DNA of 32,000 nt from Desulfotalea psychrophila LSv54 (GCF_000025945.1 NC_006139.1:30001-62000), one strand, 5' to 3'; shown: positions 9,342 to 18,786, counted from the first letter of the stretch. The notes: generated from the sequence alone by a model not told the origin. Translations and numbers: made by a program.

Positions 9342-10345
9342 AGGTAAAAGCAACAGGCGGCCCGGCAGGGGCCGGGGTTGATCCTGCGCATGCGCGACAG
9401 CTGCTGTACCAGATGGTGCGCATACGGCGTTTTGAAGAGAAGGCTGCTGAACTCTACACCAAGATGAAGATCCGCGGCTTTCTGCATCTCTATATTGGCG
9501 AAGAGGCGGTGGCCGCCGGCGTGAGCGCGGCGCTTGAACCGGAGGATGCCACAGTGGCCACCTACCGCGAACACGGCAACGCCTTGGCCCGTGGCATATC
9601 CGCCGGCGCCATCATGGCGGAAATGTACGGCAAACAGGAGGGCTGCAGCCGGGGCCGAGGCGGGTCGATGCACATATTTGACGACAAGACCCGGTTCTAC
9701 GGCGGCAACGCCATCGTCGGCGGCGGCTTGCCACTGGCGGTGGGACTGGCCCTGGCTGACAAGATGCAGGGCAAAAAGCGTGTCACCTGCTGTTTCTTCG
9801 GTGACGGAGCCGTCTCCGAAGGGGAGTTTCACGAATCGATGAACCTGGCCGCCCTCTGGAACCTCCCGGTCCTTTTTATCTGCGAGAACAATCTTTATGC
9901 CATGGGCACCGCCTTGGAGCGGTCGCAGTCGGTCACCGATCTGACCCGTAAGGCGGTCAGCTACCGCATTGCCGCCTCAGCCGTGGACGGCATGGATGTA
10001 CTTGCCGTTGAGGCGGCGGCCAATGAAGCTGTGAACGCTGTGCGCTCGGGACAAAAACCGTACTTTCTGGAGTGCCGCACCTACCGTTTCCGGGCCCATT
10101 CGATGTTTGATCCGGAACTCTATCGGTCCAAGGCCGAGGTCGAAAAATGGAAGAAGCGTTGCCCCATCAGTTCCTTCGTCAAACGCCTCAAGAAGCAGGA
10201 CCTGCTGGACGATGGCGACGTGGAGGAACTGGAGCGGCAAGTTGCCAGGGAAATTGAAGAGGCGGTGGCTTTTGCCGAAAATGGTACCTGGGAGCCGGTG
10301 GAGGATCTGATGCGCTTTGTTTATTCGGAACGGGGGGCGGCATGA
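9338..10345 (+). CDS. pdhA: Thiamine-PP-dependent pyruvate/2-oxo-acid dehydrogenase E1 alpha
   Basis: [54 protein letters not shown], and [31 protein letters not shown]; ATGA overlap with the upstream gene. Confidence 0.93.
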   Translation: MKVKATGGPAGAGVDPAHARQLLYQMVRIRRFEEKAAELYTKMKIRGFLHLYIGEEAVAAGVSAALEPEDATVATYREHGNALARGISAGAIMAEMYGKQEGCSRGRGGSMHIFDDKTRFYGGNAIVGGGLPLAVGLALADKMQGKKRVTCCFFGDGAVSEGEFHESMNLAALWNLPVLFICENNLYAMGTALERSQSVTDLTRKAVSYRIAASAVDGMDVLAVEAAANEAVNAVRSGQKPYFLECRTYRFRAHSMFDPELYRSKAEVEKWKKRCPISSFVKRLKKQDLLDDGDVEELERQVAREIEEAVAFAENGTWEPVEDLMRFVYSERGAA

Positions 10346-10385
10346 GCGAAAAAAGCATGGGGGGCGGCATGAGCGAAAAAAGCAT
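10332..10385 (+). repeat. Perfect 27-bp tandem duplication across the E1alpha stop / E1beta start
   Basis: 'ggggggcggcatgagcgaaaaaagcat' occurs twice in direct tandem. Confidence 0.95.
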
Positions 10386-11367
10386 GATTCAGACCACTTA
10401 TCGAGAAGCTGTGCGGGCGGCGATGCGCGAAGCGATGCAACGGGACGAAAGAGTGTTTCTTTTGGGGGAGGATGTCGGCCGGTACGGTGGCTGCTTTGCG
10501 GTCAGCAAGGGGCTGCTCGAAGAGTTCGGCCCGGAGCGGATCATCGACACGCCCCTGTCGGAGTCGGCCTTCACCGGGGCCGGCATTGGGGCTGCCCTCG
10601 GCGGCATGCGTCCCATCGTGGAGATTATGACGGTCAACTTCAGCCTTTTGGCAGCCGATCAGATCATCAACAATGCCGCAACATTTCTGCATATGTCGGG
10701 CGGGCTGTTCAATGTTCCTCTGGTTATCCGCATGTCCACCGGCGGCGGCAAGCAGCTGGCGGCCCAGCACTCTCACAGCCTGGAGGGGTGGTATGCCCAT
10801 ATTCCCGGCATCAAGGTGTTGACCCCGGCAACCCTGGAGGATGCGCGAGGCATGCTCTGGACCGCCCTGGAAGACCCCGATCCGGTGCTCATCTTTGAAC
10901 ACCAGGGGTTGCTGAACATGGAGGGGCCGCTGGCGGCAGACGCAGGAGCCGTGGACATTGATAGGGCCTTGATACGCCGGCGAGGCCGTGACCTGACGAT
11001 CATCACCTACGGCGCCAGCCTGTTCAAGGCTCTGGATGCGGCCGAAGCACTCGCCGGCGAAGGCATCGAGGCGGAAGTGATAGACCTGCGGACCCTGCGG
11101 CCGCTGGATGAGGAGACTTTCCTGTCCTCCATCGCAACTACGCACCGGGCACTGATCGTCGACGAAGGCTGGCGTAGCGGGGGAATTTCCGCAGAGATCA
11201 GTGCACGTATCATGGAAGGTGCCTTTTACGATCTGGATGCCCCCGTCGAGAGGATCTGTGGCGCCGAGGTGCCCATGCCCTACGCCAAACACATGGAGGA
11301 AGCTGCGATGCCGCAGGCTGAGACCATCGTCACAACCGCAAAAAGAATGGTAGGTTCCAATGACTGA
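10342..11367 (+). CDS. pdhB: Pyruvate/2-oxo-acid dehydrogenase E1 beta (start is either 10342 or 10369)
   Basis: [45 protein letters not shown] and [30 protein letters not shown]; ATGA overlap with E1alpha. Confidence 0.93.
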   Translation: MSEKSMGGGMSEKSMIQTTYREAVRAAMREAMQRDERVFLLGEDVGRYGGCFAVSKGLLEEFGPERIIDTPLSESAFTGAGIGAALGGMRPIVEIMTVNFSLLAADQIINNAATFLHMSGGLFNVPLVIRMSTGGGKQLAAQHSHSLEGWYAHIPGIKVLTPATLEDARGMLWTALEDPDPVLIFEHQGLLNMEGPLAADAGAVDIDRALIRRRGRDLTIITYGASLFKALDAAEALAGEGIEAEVIDLRTLRPLDEETFLSSIATTHRALIVDEGWRSGGISAEISARIMEGAFYDLDAPVERICGAEVPMPYAKHMEEAAMPQAETIVTTAKRMVGSND

Positions 11368-12553
11368 GTTCCGCATGCCCAGCCTGGGGGCCGACATGAA
11401 AGAGGGGCGGCTGGTCGAATGGAAGGTCAAGCTGGGCGACCAGGTCAAACGCGGCGATATCATTGCCGAGGTGGAAACCGCAAAAGGGGTGATCGAGATC
11501 GAGGTGTTTACCGACGGCGTCATCGAGCAGATCCTGGTCCAGCGGGGCGAGAAGGTTCCCGTGGGCACTGTGCTGGCGACCATCCGTACTGCAGGGGAGC
11601 AGGGCAAGGTGCCGGGTGAAGCAGCGCCGCCAGAACCGGTGTTCAAGTACAAGGCCTGCCTGATCGCGGCGCACCGTGAGGAACCGGCGGCAGAACCGCC
11701 TCCGGCTGTGGCCACTGCAGCGGGCAAAAGGCTGAGAATCTCGCCTCTGGCACGCAAGCTGGCAGCTGAACTGGCTGTCGAGCTTAGCACGGTGCAGGGT
11801 ACAGGGCAAGGCGGCGCCATCACCCACGCCGATATAAAACGTGCCGCAGCGACGAAAAAGGCATCCGCACCTCAGGTGCCATCTGCGCCAGGGGCCGCCA
11901 TGCGGCAGGCCATTGCAACCGCAATGGCCCGGTCCAACCGCGAAATTCCTCATTACTACCTGGCCACCCGCATCGATATGAGCAATACCTTGCGCTGGCT
12001 GGAGGCAGAGAACAAGAAACGTTCTATCAAGGAGCGGATATTGCCTGTGGTGCCGCTGATCAAAGCCACCGCCCTGGCCCTGGCGAAGGTGCCGGAACTC
12101 AACGGCTACTGGGTCGACAATCGCCAACAGCCCGAGGAAGCGGTGCATATCGGCTTCGTTATCTCGCTTCGGCAGGGCGGCCTGGTGGCACCGGCCATTC
12201 ACCATGCCGACCTCAAGAGCCTGCCCGAGCTGATGGAAGCCTTGTACGACCTGATTACCCGCGCCCGCAGCGGTCACCTGCGCAGCTCGGAGCTGACCGA
12301 TGCTACCGTTACCATAACAAGCTTGGGGGACCTGGGTGTTGAGGTGGTTCATGGCGTCATCTATCCCCCCCAAATAGCGCTGGTCGGGTTCGGTAAAATC
12401 CTGGAGCAGCCTTGGGCCAAGGACGGTATGCTCGGCATTCGTCCCATCCTGACAGCCACTCTGGCCGCAGACCACCGTGCCACCGACGCCCATCGCGGGG
12501 CCCAGTTTCTGGAAGCCCTCAACCACCACCTGCAAAAGCCGGAAGAGTTATGA
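11360..12553 (+). CDS. pdhC: Dihydrolipoamide acyltransferase (E2) with one lipoyl domain, a peripheral subunit-binding domain and a catalytic domain
   Basis: Lipoyl motif [12 protein letters not shown]; [38 protein letters not shown]; catalytic [17 protein letters not shown]. Confidence 0.92.
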   Translation: MTEFRMPSLGADMKEGRLVEWKVKLGDQVKRGDIIAEVETAKGVIEIEVFTDGVIEQILVQRGEKVPVGTVLATIRTAGEQGKVPGEAAPPEPVFKYKACLIAAHREEPAAEPPPAVATAAGKRLRISPLARKLAAELAVELSTVQGTGQGGAITHADIKRAAATKKASAPQVPSAPGAAMRQAIATAMARSNREIPHYYLATRIDMSNTLRWLEAENKKRSIKERILPVVPLIKATALALAKVPELNGYWVDNRQQPEEAVHIGFVISLRQGGLVAPAIHHADLKSLPELMEALYDLITRARSGHLRSSELTDATVTITSLGDLGVEVVHGVIYPPQIALVGFGKILEQPWAKDGMLGIRPILTATLAADHRATDAHRGAQFLEALNHHLQKPEEL

Positions 12554-12795
12554 CAGAAGAGCAAATCAAACAGACCATCCTCCGGGTCCTGCAGCCAATC
12601 ACCCCCGAAGCCGATTTAGATGAGTTGGCTGCCGACGAGGACATGCAGGAGGCCCTGGACATCGACTCTTTTGATGTCCTCACTTTTTTCGTCAAGCTCT
12701 ATGAAGAACTCGGGGTGGAAATTCCAGAGGAGGACTATGGACAGATCATTACCCTAAACGACCTCATCGGCTACCTCGCTGCCCGCATCGACTGA
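12550..12795 (+). CDS. Stand-alone acyl carrier protein in the E1/E2 operon
   Basis: 81 aa [66 protein letters not shown]; DSF phosphopantetheine-site context; ATGA overlap with the E2 stop. Confidence 0.85.
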   Translation: MTEEQIKQTILRVLQPITPEADLDELAADEDMQEALDIDSFDVLTFFVKLYEELGVEIPEEDYGQIITLNDLIGYLAARID

Positions 12796-12878
12796 GGTTT
12801 GGCAGGCCGGCCTGCACCTTGCCAATGCCCGTAACCGATCCATAGCCTGTTTTCAGGTTTCAACAGCAGAGGTCAAGG

Positions 12879-13895
12879 ATGGCCATGTTATTTATCGATA
12901 ATTCCGGCATTACCGACCCGCGCCTCAACCTGGCTTTCGAAGAATATTGCCTGAGGAATCTTGATCCGCAGCATGACTACCTGCTGTTGTATATCAATGA
13001 GCCTGCTGTCATAATAGGAAGAAGCCAGAATGCGTTTCAGGAAATCGATCACGCATTCGTCAGACAGAAGGAGATTCATGTCGTTCGCAGGATTTCGGGA
13101 GGTGGCGCCGTCTACCATGACCACGGGAATCTGAATTTTAGCTTCATCACCAAATACGAAAAATCGAACATACTTAATTTCAAAAAAATCACCGCGCCGG
13201 TTATCAAGGCATTGCAGGGCCTGGGCGTTCCAGCAGAACTTTCCGAGAGAAACAATATCTTCGCTTTCGGCATGAAAATATCTGGAATGGCCCAATATTC
13301 AACGAAAAAGAGCATAGTCAGCCACGGAACACTGCTTTTTGATGTGGAGATGCAAGACTTGGCTCGCGCCCTGAAGGGGAAAGCGGAGCAGACTGACTCC
13401 AGGGGCGTACCATCCGTCAGAAGCAGGGTGACAAACATCTGCGAGCACCTTGTAGGCTACATGGATATGGACACTTTCAAGAACAGTATGCAGGATTCTA
13501 TTTTTGCGCCGTACGGCGGCATGCGGGAAAAGAAACTGACCGACAAGGACTGGGAAAACATCCACCTGCTGTCCAAAGAGAAGTACCATGCCTGGGAATG
13601 GAACTATGGCAAATCCCCTGAATGCCGTATCCGCAGAACCGCCCGGTTGAATGACTGCCGGATTGACCTTGACCTAATGGTAAAGGGGGGGATTGTCAAA
13701 AACATCAAGATTTGTGGTGATAGTGCCTGTGGAAATGATATGGAAGGATTGGAAGCAGTGCTGACCGGTCGACGTTATGATATCGATGAATTCAAAAGGG
13801 CGCTATGTAGCGTCGATCTGCAGTGCTACTTCGGGCAACTGACGCCTGACAAGTTTGCGAACTGCCTTTGTGGCTGTTATCCGGAAGAATCTTGA
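12879..13895 (+). CDS. lplA: Lipoate-protein ligase A family
   Basis: VIIGRSQNAFQEID, VVRRISGGGAVYHDHGNLNFSFI, FGMKISGMAQY, HGTLLFDVEM. Confidence 0.9.
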   Translation: MAMLFIDNSGITDPRLNLAFEEYCLRNLDPQHDYLLLYINEPAVIIGRSQNAFQEIDHAFVRQKEIHVVRRISGGGAVYHDHGNLNFSFITKYEKSNILNFKKITAPVIKALQGLGVPAELSERNNIFAFGMKISGMAQYSTKKSIVSHGTLLFDVEMQDLARALKGKAEQTDSRGVPSVRSRVTNICEHLVGYMDMDTFKNSMQDSIFAPYGGMREKKLTDKDWENIHLLSKEKYHAWEWNYGKSPECRIRRTARLNDCRIDLDLMVKGGIVKNIKICGDSACGNDMEGLEAVLTGRRYDIDEFKRALCSVDLQCYFGQLTPDKFANCLCGCYPEES

Positions 13896-14055
13896 GAGAA
13901 ATACCAAGTCCACGACGATAGAGTGTTTATGTCTCTGGACCGGCACTTGACGCCGGGAAACACAGGGTCTGAATGGTTCCCTGGCGGTTAATTGGTGGGC
14001 AATGCTTTATAGGACTCAGTATACCCTATGTGGCAGGATAATTTTCGCCCTGGGA

Positions 14056-15060
14056 CTACCTCTCCATCTCTGAACCAAAATATCGTTTCATTCGATAGAC
14101 AAACTGGTTCCAGGTTTTCGCATTTTGATATTTTTCTCTTTGATGCTGATAAAGACTTCGTTGTTTCTCTCTTTTCTTCAAATAACGCTCATGCCTCGCA
14201 CTATCTACACCTGCCTTACCAATCGCTTCGCCTTGATATTTCTCCTTTGTTTCATACTTTTCAGCTCTTTTTTCAAATTCACCGAACTTTTTTTCCAAAG
14301 AAGCTTTTGAAAATTCACGCCCCAAGCTACTGGCCTTGATGTGGTTTTGCTTTACCGATCCGATAGCAGAAATAACACAACCGTTGCCCCTTAACCTTAT
14401 AGTTAAACCATAAATCGAGAACCCTTCCTGCAACTCCTGCCACGTTGTGGCCCTCTCTAAAATATCCCTTAAAGGCTCTTTACGATCTAACACATAGTTG
14501 AGCAACGACTGCTTCCCTGCATGAGCATCTACGTTCTGGGCCTTGCTGTTAGAAGCTTGTTCTCCTGCCTTTTCTTTTATCGACCCCACTATTTTCAAAT
14601 TGTTTTCAATTTCTAGCTCTCTGCAAAGTTGAGTACATTTGATTTTATCCCAACCAGGGCTATTCTTTTTTTTCGTTAAAGGATCAATCATATTATAGGC
14701 AATATGAATATGCATATTGCTGGTATTATCATGAATTCCGCAGTGTCGCTGGTGTTCAGCAAAGCCAAGTATTTCAGCAAAATTTTGCTCAACTTTTTTA
14801 GAAAATTCTACATCTATTTTTTGTCGATCTTCTGGAGGAAATGAGATAATCAAGTGGTAGGTGTTCCCCTGGACGCGACGGTTAAAACTCTGTGTAACAA
14901 CCACTTCATCAATCGCTAAATTATAATCATCTTCGATTGCTCCCCCGACAGTCCATGTTGCCAGACACTTTTCGCCATCGTTGTTGGCATCAGCGATGTA
15001 GTTTGCCAACTTGCGATAAGACCCCTTTGCGCCTTTAGCCTGCTCAATCTTACATATCAT
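14056..15060 (-). CDS. Relaxase/mobilization nuclease (MobA/VirD2-like)
   Basis: MICKIEQAKGAKGSYRKLANYIAD and HLIISFPPEDR; HIHIAYNMIDP, the HxH metal-binding motif; ATG overlaps the MobC-like stop. Confidence 0.85.
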   Translation of the reverse strand: MICKIEQAKGAKGSYRKLANYIADANNDGEKCLATWTVGGAIEDDYNLAIDEVVVTQSFNRRVQGNTYHLIISFPPEDRQKIDVEFSKKVEQNFAEILGFAEHQRHCGIHDNTSNMHIHIAYNMIDPLTKKKNSPGWDKIKCTQLCRELEIENNLKIVGSIKEKAGEQASNSKAQNVDAHAGKQSLLNYVLDRKEPLRDILERATTWQELQEGFSIYGLTIRLRGNGCVISAIGSVKQNHIKASSLGREFSKASLEKKFGEFEKRAEKYETKEKYQGEAIGKAGVDSARHERYLKKREKQRSLYQHQREKYQNAKTWNQFVYRMKRYFGSEMER

Positions 15061-15410
15061 CTCAAGCTATCTTTCATCTTATTTATAATAGGGATTAATT
15101 TTTTTTGCGTCGATTCAATCTCTTTCAGTATCCTCCTTAACTCTATCGGATCAAAGTTAGTTGGGCTGTTGCCGCTCAAAGAAAATTTAAACAGCCCTCC
15201 AAGCCTCCCCAGATCCCCATTGACCTTCAAAAGATCCAGAAAAGATTGTCTTCCCTCCATAGAGTCAATTCTTTTACCCAATAAAGCCCTGCGGATAAAC
15301 TCAGACTGCGTTAACCCCGTATAATCAACTTTCTTGACAATCAACTCATATTCCTGAAGGGTGACATGTGCCTTCAGAGTACGATTTCTAACCACTTTCT
15401 TTCCAACCAT
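15057..15410 (-). CDS. MobC/TraJ-like ribbon-helix-helix mobilization accessory protein
   Basis: 'RTLKAHVTLQEYELIVKKVDYTGLTQSEFIRRALLGK...RLGGLFK' plus coupling to the relaxase. Confidence 0.75.
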   Translation of the reverse strand: MVGKKVVRNRTLKAHVTLQEYELIVKKVDYTGLTQSEFIRRALLGKRIDSMEGRQSFLDLLKVNGDLGRLGGLFKFSLSGNSPTNFDPIELRRILKEIESTQKKLIPIINKMKDSLR

Positions 15411-15541
15411 TTTAATTCCTCAATGGAGTGTAATTTACGTTGAGCCGAAGGCGAATAAGCCCCTCTCAGGATGAGCAAGAGGAAAGACCGGCAGACAAAG
15501 TGGGCCACTTTCCACATCTTGCCAGTTACCATCCACCGCCT

Positions 15542-15758
15542 TTGCTTGCTGGATGCTTGCTCGTTGCTTGCTGAATGCCGTTTATATATTCTTGCGCCCT
15601 GCCTTTGATTATGTCTTTAACCTCAATAAGACAGATATTTAAAGAGTAAATGTTCTTTAAATTGAAAAAAAAAGACCACTCATAAACAGCAATGAATAAG
15701 CAGTCAGCAAGCGACGAGCAAGCAATGGATAAGCAATCAGTAAGCATCCAGCAAGCAA
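15542..15758. repeat. Iteron-like direct and inverted repeats, candidate oriT/oriV
   Basis: TTGCTTGCTGGATGCTT (15542-15558) is a perfect inverted match to AAGCATCCAGCAAGCAA (15742-15758). GCTCGTTGCTTGCTGA (15559-15574) matches TCAGCAAGCGACGAGC (15704-15719) with one mismatch. Extra GCAAGCA/AAGCAATC copies lie between. Confidence 0.8.
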
Positions 15759-15887
15759 TTCACTTTTTATTAACAGAAATAGCCACTCTCTCCATTTAGA
15801 ATGTTTATAGTTAGGTTTATCTACATTTCCCCTCTGCTAATTGCATTAAACGCAGGCTTTTTACATCAAATTTCACCACCCTAAAAC

Positions 15888-15960
15888 ATGTTTGCTTTTA
15901 TGTTTGTTAAATTGTTTATTTATATGTTTATGTTTATGTTTTCTTGTTTGTTTGCTTTTC
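15888..15960. other. AT-rich low-complexity tract (ATGTTT / TTTATG repeats), candidate unwinding element
   Basis: 'catgtttgcttttatgtttgttaaattgtttatttatatgtttatgtttatgttttcttgtttgtttgc'. Confidence 0.5.
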
Positions 15961-16576
15961 TTTATGAAAACGAGGTTACTTTTGTAGCTGAGACACCACC
16001 AAAAATAGTCCTCCACAAGACCTTTTTCCTGTGAAAAGAAAGTTTAACCATGTGGCCATACCTCCTTGCCTGAAAACTACTTTCTTGTTTTGTTTACAAA
16101 CTTATTTTTTGTTTTAATCACAAACTACTTTTTTGTTTTATTACAGGTTTCTTTTTAAGTGACAAATCTTCTGCCACCCTCCCCAAAAAGGACCATTGTA
16201 AACTAAGTAATTTCTGCCTATGCCATCAAAAAAAGTGAGTTATCTTATAAAGAAATCGCGTTTTTCAAAGGAAAAATTGTAAGAGTCTTGCAAGAGGCTG
16301 GGGACAAATAGTTCCGCTAATCGTCGAAGATGATGGGACGGATCTCTTCTCACGTCCAAACCAAACTACAACATTCCCCTTGCCAAAAAAAAAAGCATTA
16401 GGTAGTTTCAGGCTGTGCTAGAAAAAAGCACAATGGGTTTGGTAGCCTATCCTGTCACCGGCGAATGTACACACGTCACCAGTCTCTATTTTATAGGTGG
16501 TTTTTTTTATGCCTTTTGTTTATGGCTGTAGTATTGTGTAGACATTTATCACAGCATTGAACCGCACAGAATTTCT

Positions 16577-16657
16577 AGGGCGGGCTATATGTGGGAGCTT
16601 CGGCTCGCTGGTTCCGGTGACCAGCCTACCAACCCATATAGTCCCGCCCTTTTTTTG
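16577..16657 (+). ncRNA. Structured leader RNA: three-way-junction fold ending in a U-run (terminator/attenuator-like) upstream of the rep-like gene
   Basis: Closing stem agggcggg(c)tatatg/catata(g)(t)cccgccct; internal hairpin gagc-TTCG-gctc (16595-16606); internal hairpin ctggt-tccggtg-accag (16608-16624); then a run of T's from 16650. Confidence 0.6.
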
Positions 16658-16707
16658 TTTGGTAGCAAGAAAAGGCGATAAAGCTCATCTTAACACCGGA
16701 CATCGCT

Positions 16708-17688
16708 ATGATAAAACGAGGTTTCAGCAATATTTTTTCAGAGAAGACATTTGCAAGCAACGAACAATTCAACACCGCCTGCAGACAGCTCAGAATCACT
16801 CAAGACGTACAATTAATCTACTCAAGCCTTCATTGGCTTTCAGTCAAGACGGGCTATGCATGGCCTTCTCAGGGCTTTCTCGCCAACGAGATAGGACGCT
16901 CACTTCGTACCGTTAAATCACATATAGCCAAGCTCAAGAGCCTTGGACTCATAACCGTCAAGCAACGCAACAACGGGCAGACTGCCTTATACTATCCACT
17001 GCCTTTAAGCGAAGTAGCAGAACACCTCCCAGGATGCTCCCAGAGCCAAGCTGATGAGATCAACGGGCAGGGTAAAGAAACCATCTCTCAGAAGGGCAAT
17101 AAGTGCACCACCACGAGGCACGATTCTGCCCACCTCCATAATATAGAGATTAGTACAAGTACTATTCCCCCTAAATCCCCCCCGGGGGAAGAGGCTGAGA
17201 TGTCCTTCCTGAAACTGTGGAAGGTGTGGCCCATCCAACAGGCGAAGAAGTCAGCCCGTAGAATCTTCATGCGTCTCTACCGTCGTGGAATTATTCCTTC
17301 CGTGGAACACCTTTTGAAAATTGTGCAGAACCTAAAGCAGTACGACAGGGCATGGATGAACGGCAAGGTTGCACAACTTCACCGATGGTTACGAGATGAA
17401 AGATGGACTGATAAGGCCTTTGCAGGCCTACAGCCTGCCCCTGTGGCAGCACCCAAAGTCTCTAAGGTGATAGAACCTGAATTCACACCAGAAGAGCATA
17501 GGGCAAGGTCCAGCTATCTGGAACTGTCAGTGGCGGTTATGACCCGGAGGGCCTCCACCGCATTGGATCATATCACAGAGAAGATTGTAGAAGGGTTAGG
17601 AGGGCTCCAGGGCTTACGAAAGAAGGGAATGAGGTGTTTGCCTATGGCAGATTTCCTCAAGGCATACAGAAGCTTGCAGGCTTTTTAA
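16708..17688 (+). CDS. Helix-turn-helix DNA-binding protein, putative plasmid/phage replication initiator
   Basis: N-terminal wHTH 'LHWLSVKTGYAWPSQGFLANEIGRSLRTVKSHIAKLKSLGLITVKQ' plus a C-terminal 'FLKLWKVWPIQQAKKSARRIFMRLYRRG' block typical of replication-like proteins. Confidence 0.55.
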   Translation: MIKRGFSNIFSEKTFASNEQFNTACRQLRITQDVQLIYSSLHWLSVKTGYAWPSQGFLANEIGRSLRTVKSHIAKLKSLGLITVKQRNNGQTALYYPLPLSEVAEHLPGCSQSQADEINGQGKETISQKGNKCTTTRHDSAHLHNIEISTSTIPPKSPPGEEAEMSFLKLWKVWPIQQAKKSARRIFMRLYRRGIIPSVEHLLKIVQNLKQYDRAWMNGKVAQLHRWLRDERWTDKAFAGLQPAPVAAPKVSKVIEPEFTPEEHRARSSYLELSVAVMTRRASTALDHITEKIVEGLGGLQGLRKKGMRCLPMADFLKAYRSLQAF

Positions 17689-18171
17689 GAACTCAGGTTG
17701 ACGTTGTTGAGCAATTCTAAATTGAAAATTTTCCTCTTCTGGTCTTCTTTTCCTTTTGCCACTCCTTTACTGCGGGTAAAAGGAGATATGGAGATGTTTT
17801 TGAAGAGGTTCGTTCAGCATGGTAGGGTTTGGTAATCGCCTAACATGGGCAAGCAGAGACACCCCAAAGCCGTGCTACTTTATCATCACTGCTTATAGTC
17901 AATATTAAGAACAAATTTTGAGGGCTTTATGATTAGAACAATACGGTGTCAAAGCCGTTGCACGACCCAAAGTCAAGGCACTGAAACACCTTGATTTACC
18001 AGGGATATGCGGCAAACAAATCGTCAAATCAGAAACGAAATTAGTGTTTAAGAACACACAAAAAAACCTTCAAGAAATTGGCTGATATGTAATGGCTATA
18101 GAAATAAACAACTACATATTAGAGCCTGAGCCAGGGATTAAAGGCTCTATTGATAGAGCCTAAACTTCAAG

Positions 18172-18459
18172 TTATCTTGGAGATATAGTAAAGTCCAGCC
18201 GATATCCAAGTTTTTCAACATACTTCTCAATCGTTGAAATTTTAGGCGATATTTTCGAATCTACGTTTTCCAACCTTGATATATTGCTTTTTTTGGTGCC
18301 AAGAAGTTCAGCAAGTTCCTCCTGGGTAAAACCCGCATCTTTTCGTAATTTTATAAGTTGCTTCCTCAGGGCATAAACAGGTGCAAGCCGTTCATATTCA
18401 GCCTTAACCTCTTCTTTTTTTAAAGCCTTTTTCTTAAAATTCTTTATAGAAGGTCTCAT
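18172..18459 (-). CDS. HTH antitoxin (HigA/XRE-like)
   Basis: YALRKQLIKLRKDAGFTQEELAELLGTKKSNISRLENVDSKISPKISTIEKYVEKLGYRLDF; adjacent to the toxin. Confidence 0.85.
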   Translation of the reverse strand: MRPSIKNFKKKALKKEEVKAEYERLAPVYALRKQLIKLRKDAGFTQEELAELLGTKKSNISRLENVDSKISPKISTIEKYVEKLGYRLDFTISPR

Positions 18460-18786
18460 TTATTTCACCTTTTTTAACCTTTTGGTAGCTACCTTAATTT
18501 CCTTCTGAGGCGTTTTTTGCGACTTTTTTACAAAAGAGTGAAGGATAATAATCTCTCTTCCTTTAAGGGTGCCAAAAAAAGATCTTCCTATTCCTTCTTT
18601 TCCTCTAGCTCGTATCTCAAAAAGTCCATTGCCAAATGCTTTAGTGTATGGTTCACCTAAAGATGGCCCAAGGTCCTCCATCATATCAACTATATGAATG
18701 AAATTAGCCAATATTCCTGCGGAAAACGCTAAGGTTCTCTTCTCCACTTTTTCACTATAAAAGCTTATTTTCCATTTCATACCCAT
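18460..18786 (-). CDS. RelE/HigB-like toxin (Gp49/DUF891-type); start likely one of the internal ATGs in MMGMKWKISFYS (18786 or 18780; track ORF to 18816)
   Basis: WKISFYSEKVEKRTLAF...LGPSLGEPYTKAFGNGLFEIRARGKEGIGRSFFGTLKGREIIILHSFVKKSQKTPQKEIKVATKR. Confidence 0.85.
   Translation of the reverse strand: MGMKWKISFYSEKVEKRTLAFSAGILANFIHIVDMMEDLGPSLGEPYTKAFGNGLFEIRARGKEGIGRSFFGTLKGREIIILHSFVKKSQKTPQKEIKVATKRLKKVK

Noticed and set aside
8745-9832. Minus-strand ORFs of 202 and 290 aa
   Set aside because: Antisense shadows of the acyl-CoA synthetase and E1alpha genes.
10321-11823. 500-aa minus-strand ORF
   Set aside because: Antisense to the convincing E1beta and E2 genes; GC-rich codon usage creates long shadow frames, and the protein is low-complexity Arg/Gln/His rich.
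11330-12535. 401-aa minus-strand ORF
   Set aside because: Antisense shadow of the E2 gene; no recognisable domain.
14028-14339. 103-aa plus-strand ORF overlapping the relaxase 3' end
   Set aside because: Largely antisense to a well-supported relaxase; no motif.
15526-15747. 73-aa minus ORF in the iteron-like region
   Set aside because: Most of it is encoded by the repeats themselves; no RBS or domain support.
15542-15758. Possible CRISPR array
   Set aside because: Repeat units are short, irregularly spaced and mainly inverted, with no regular spacers and no cas genes; iteron/origin-type repeats fit better.
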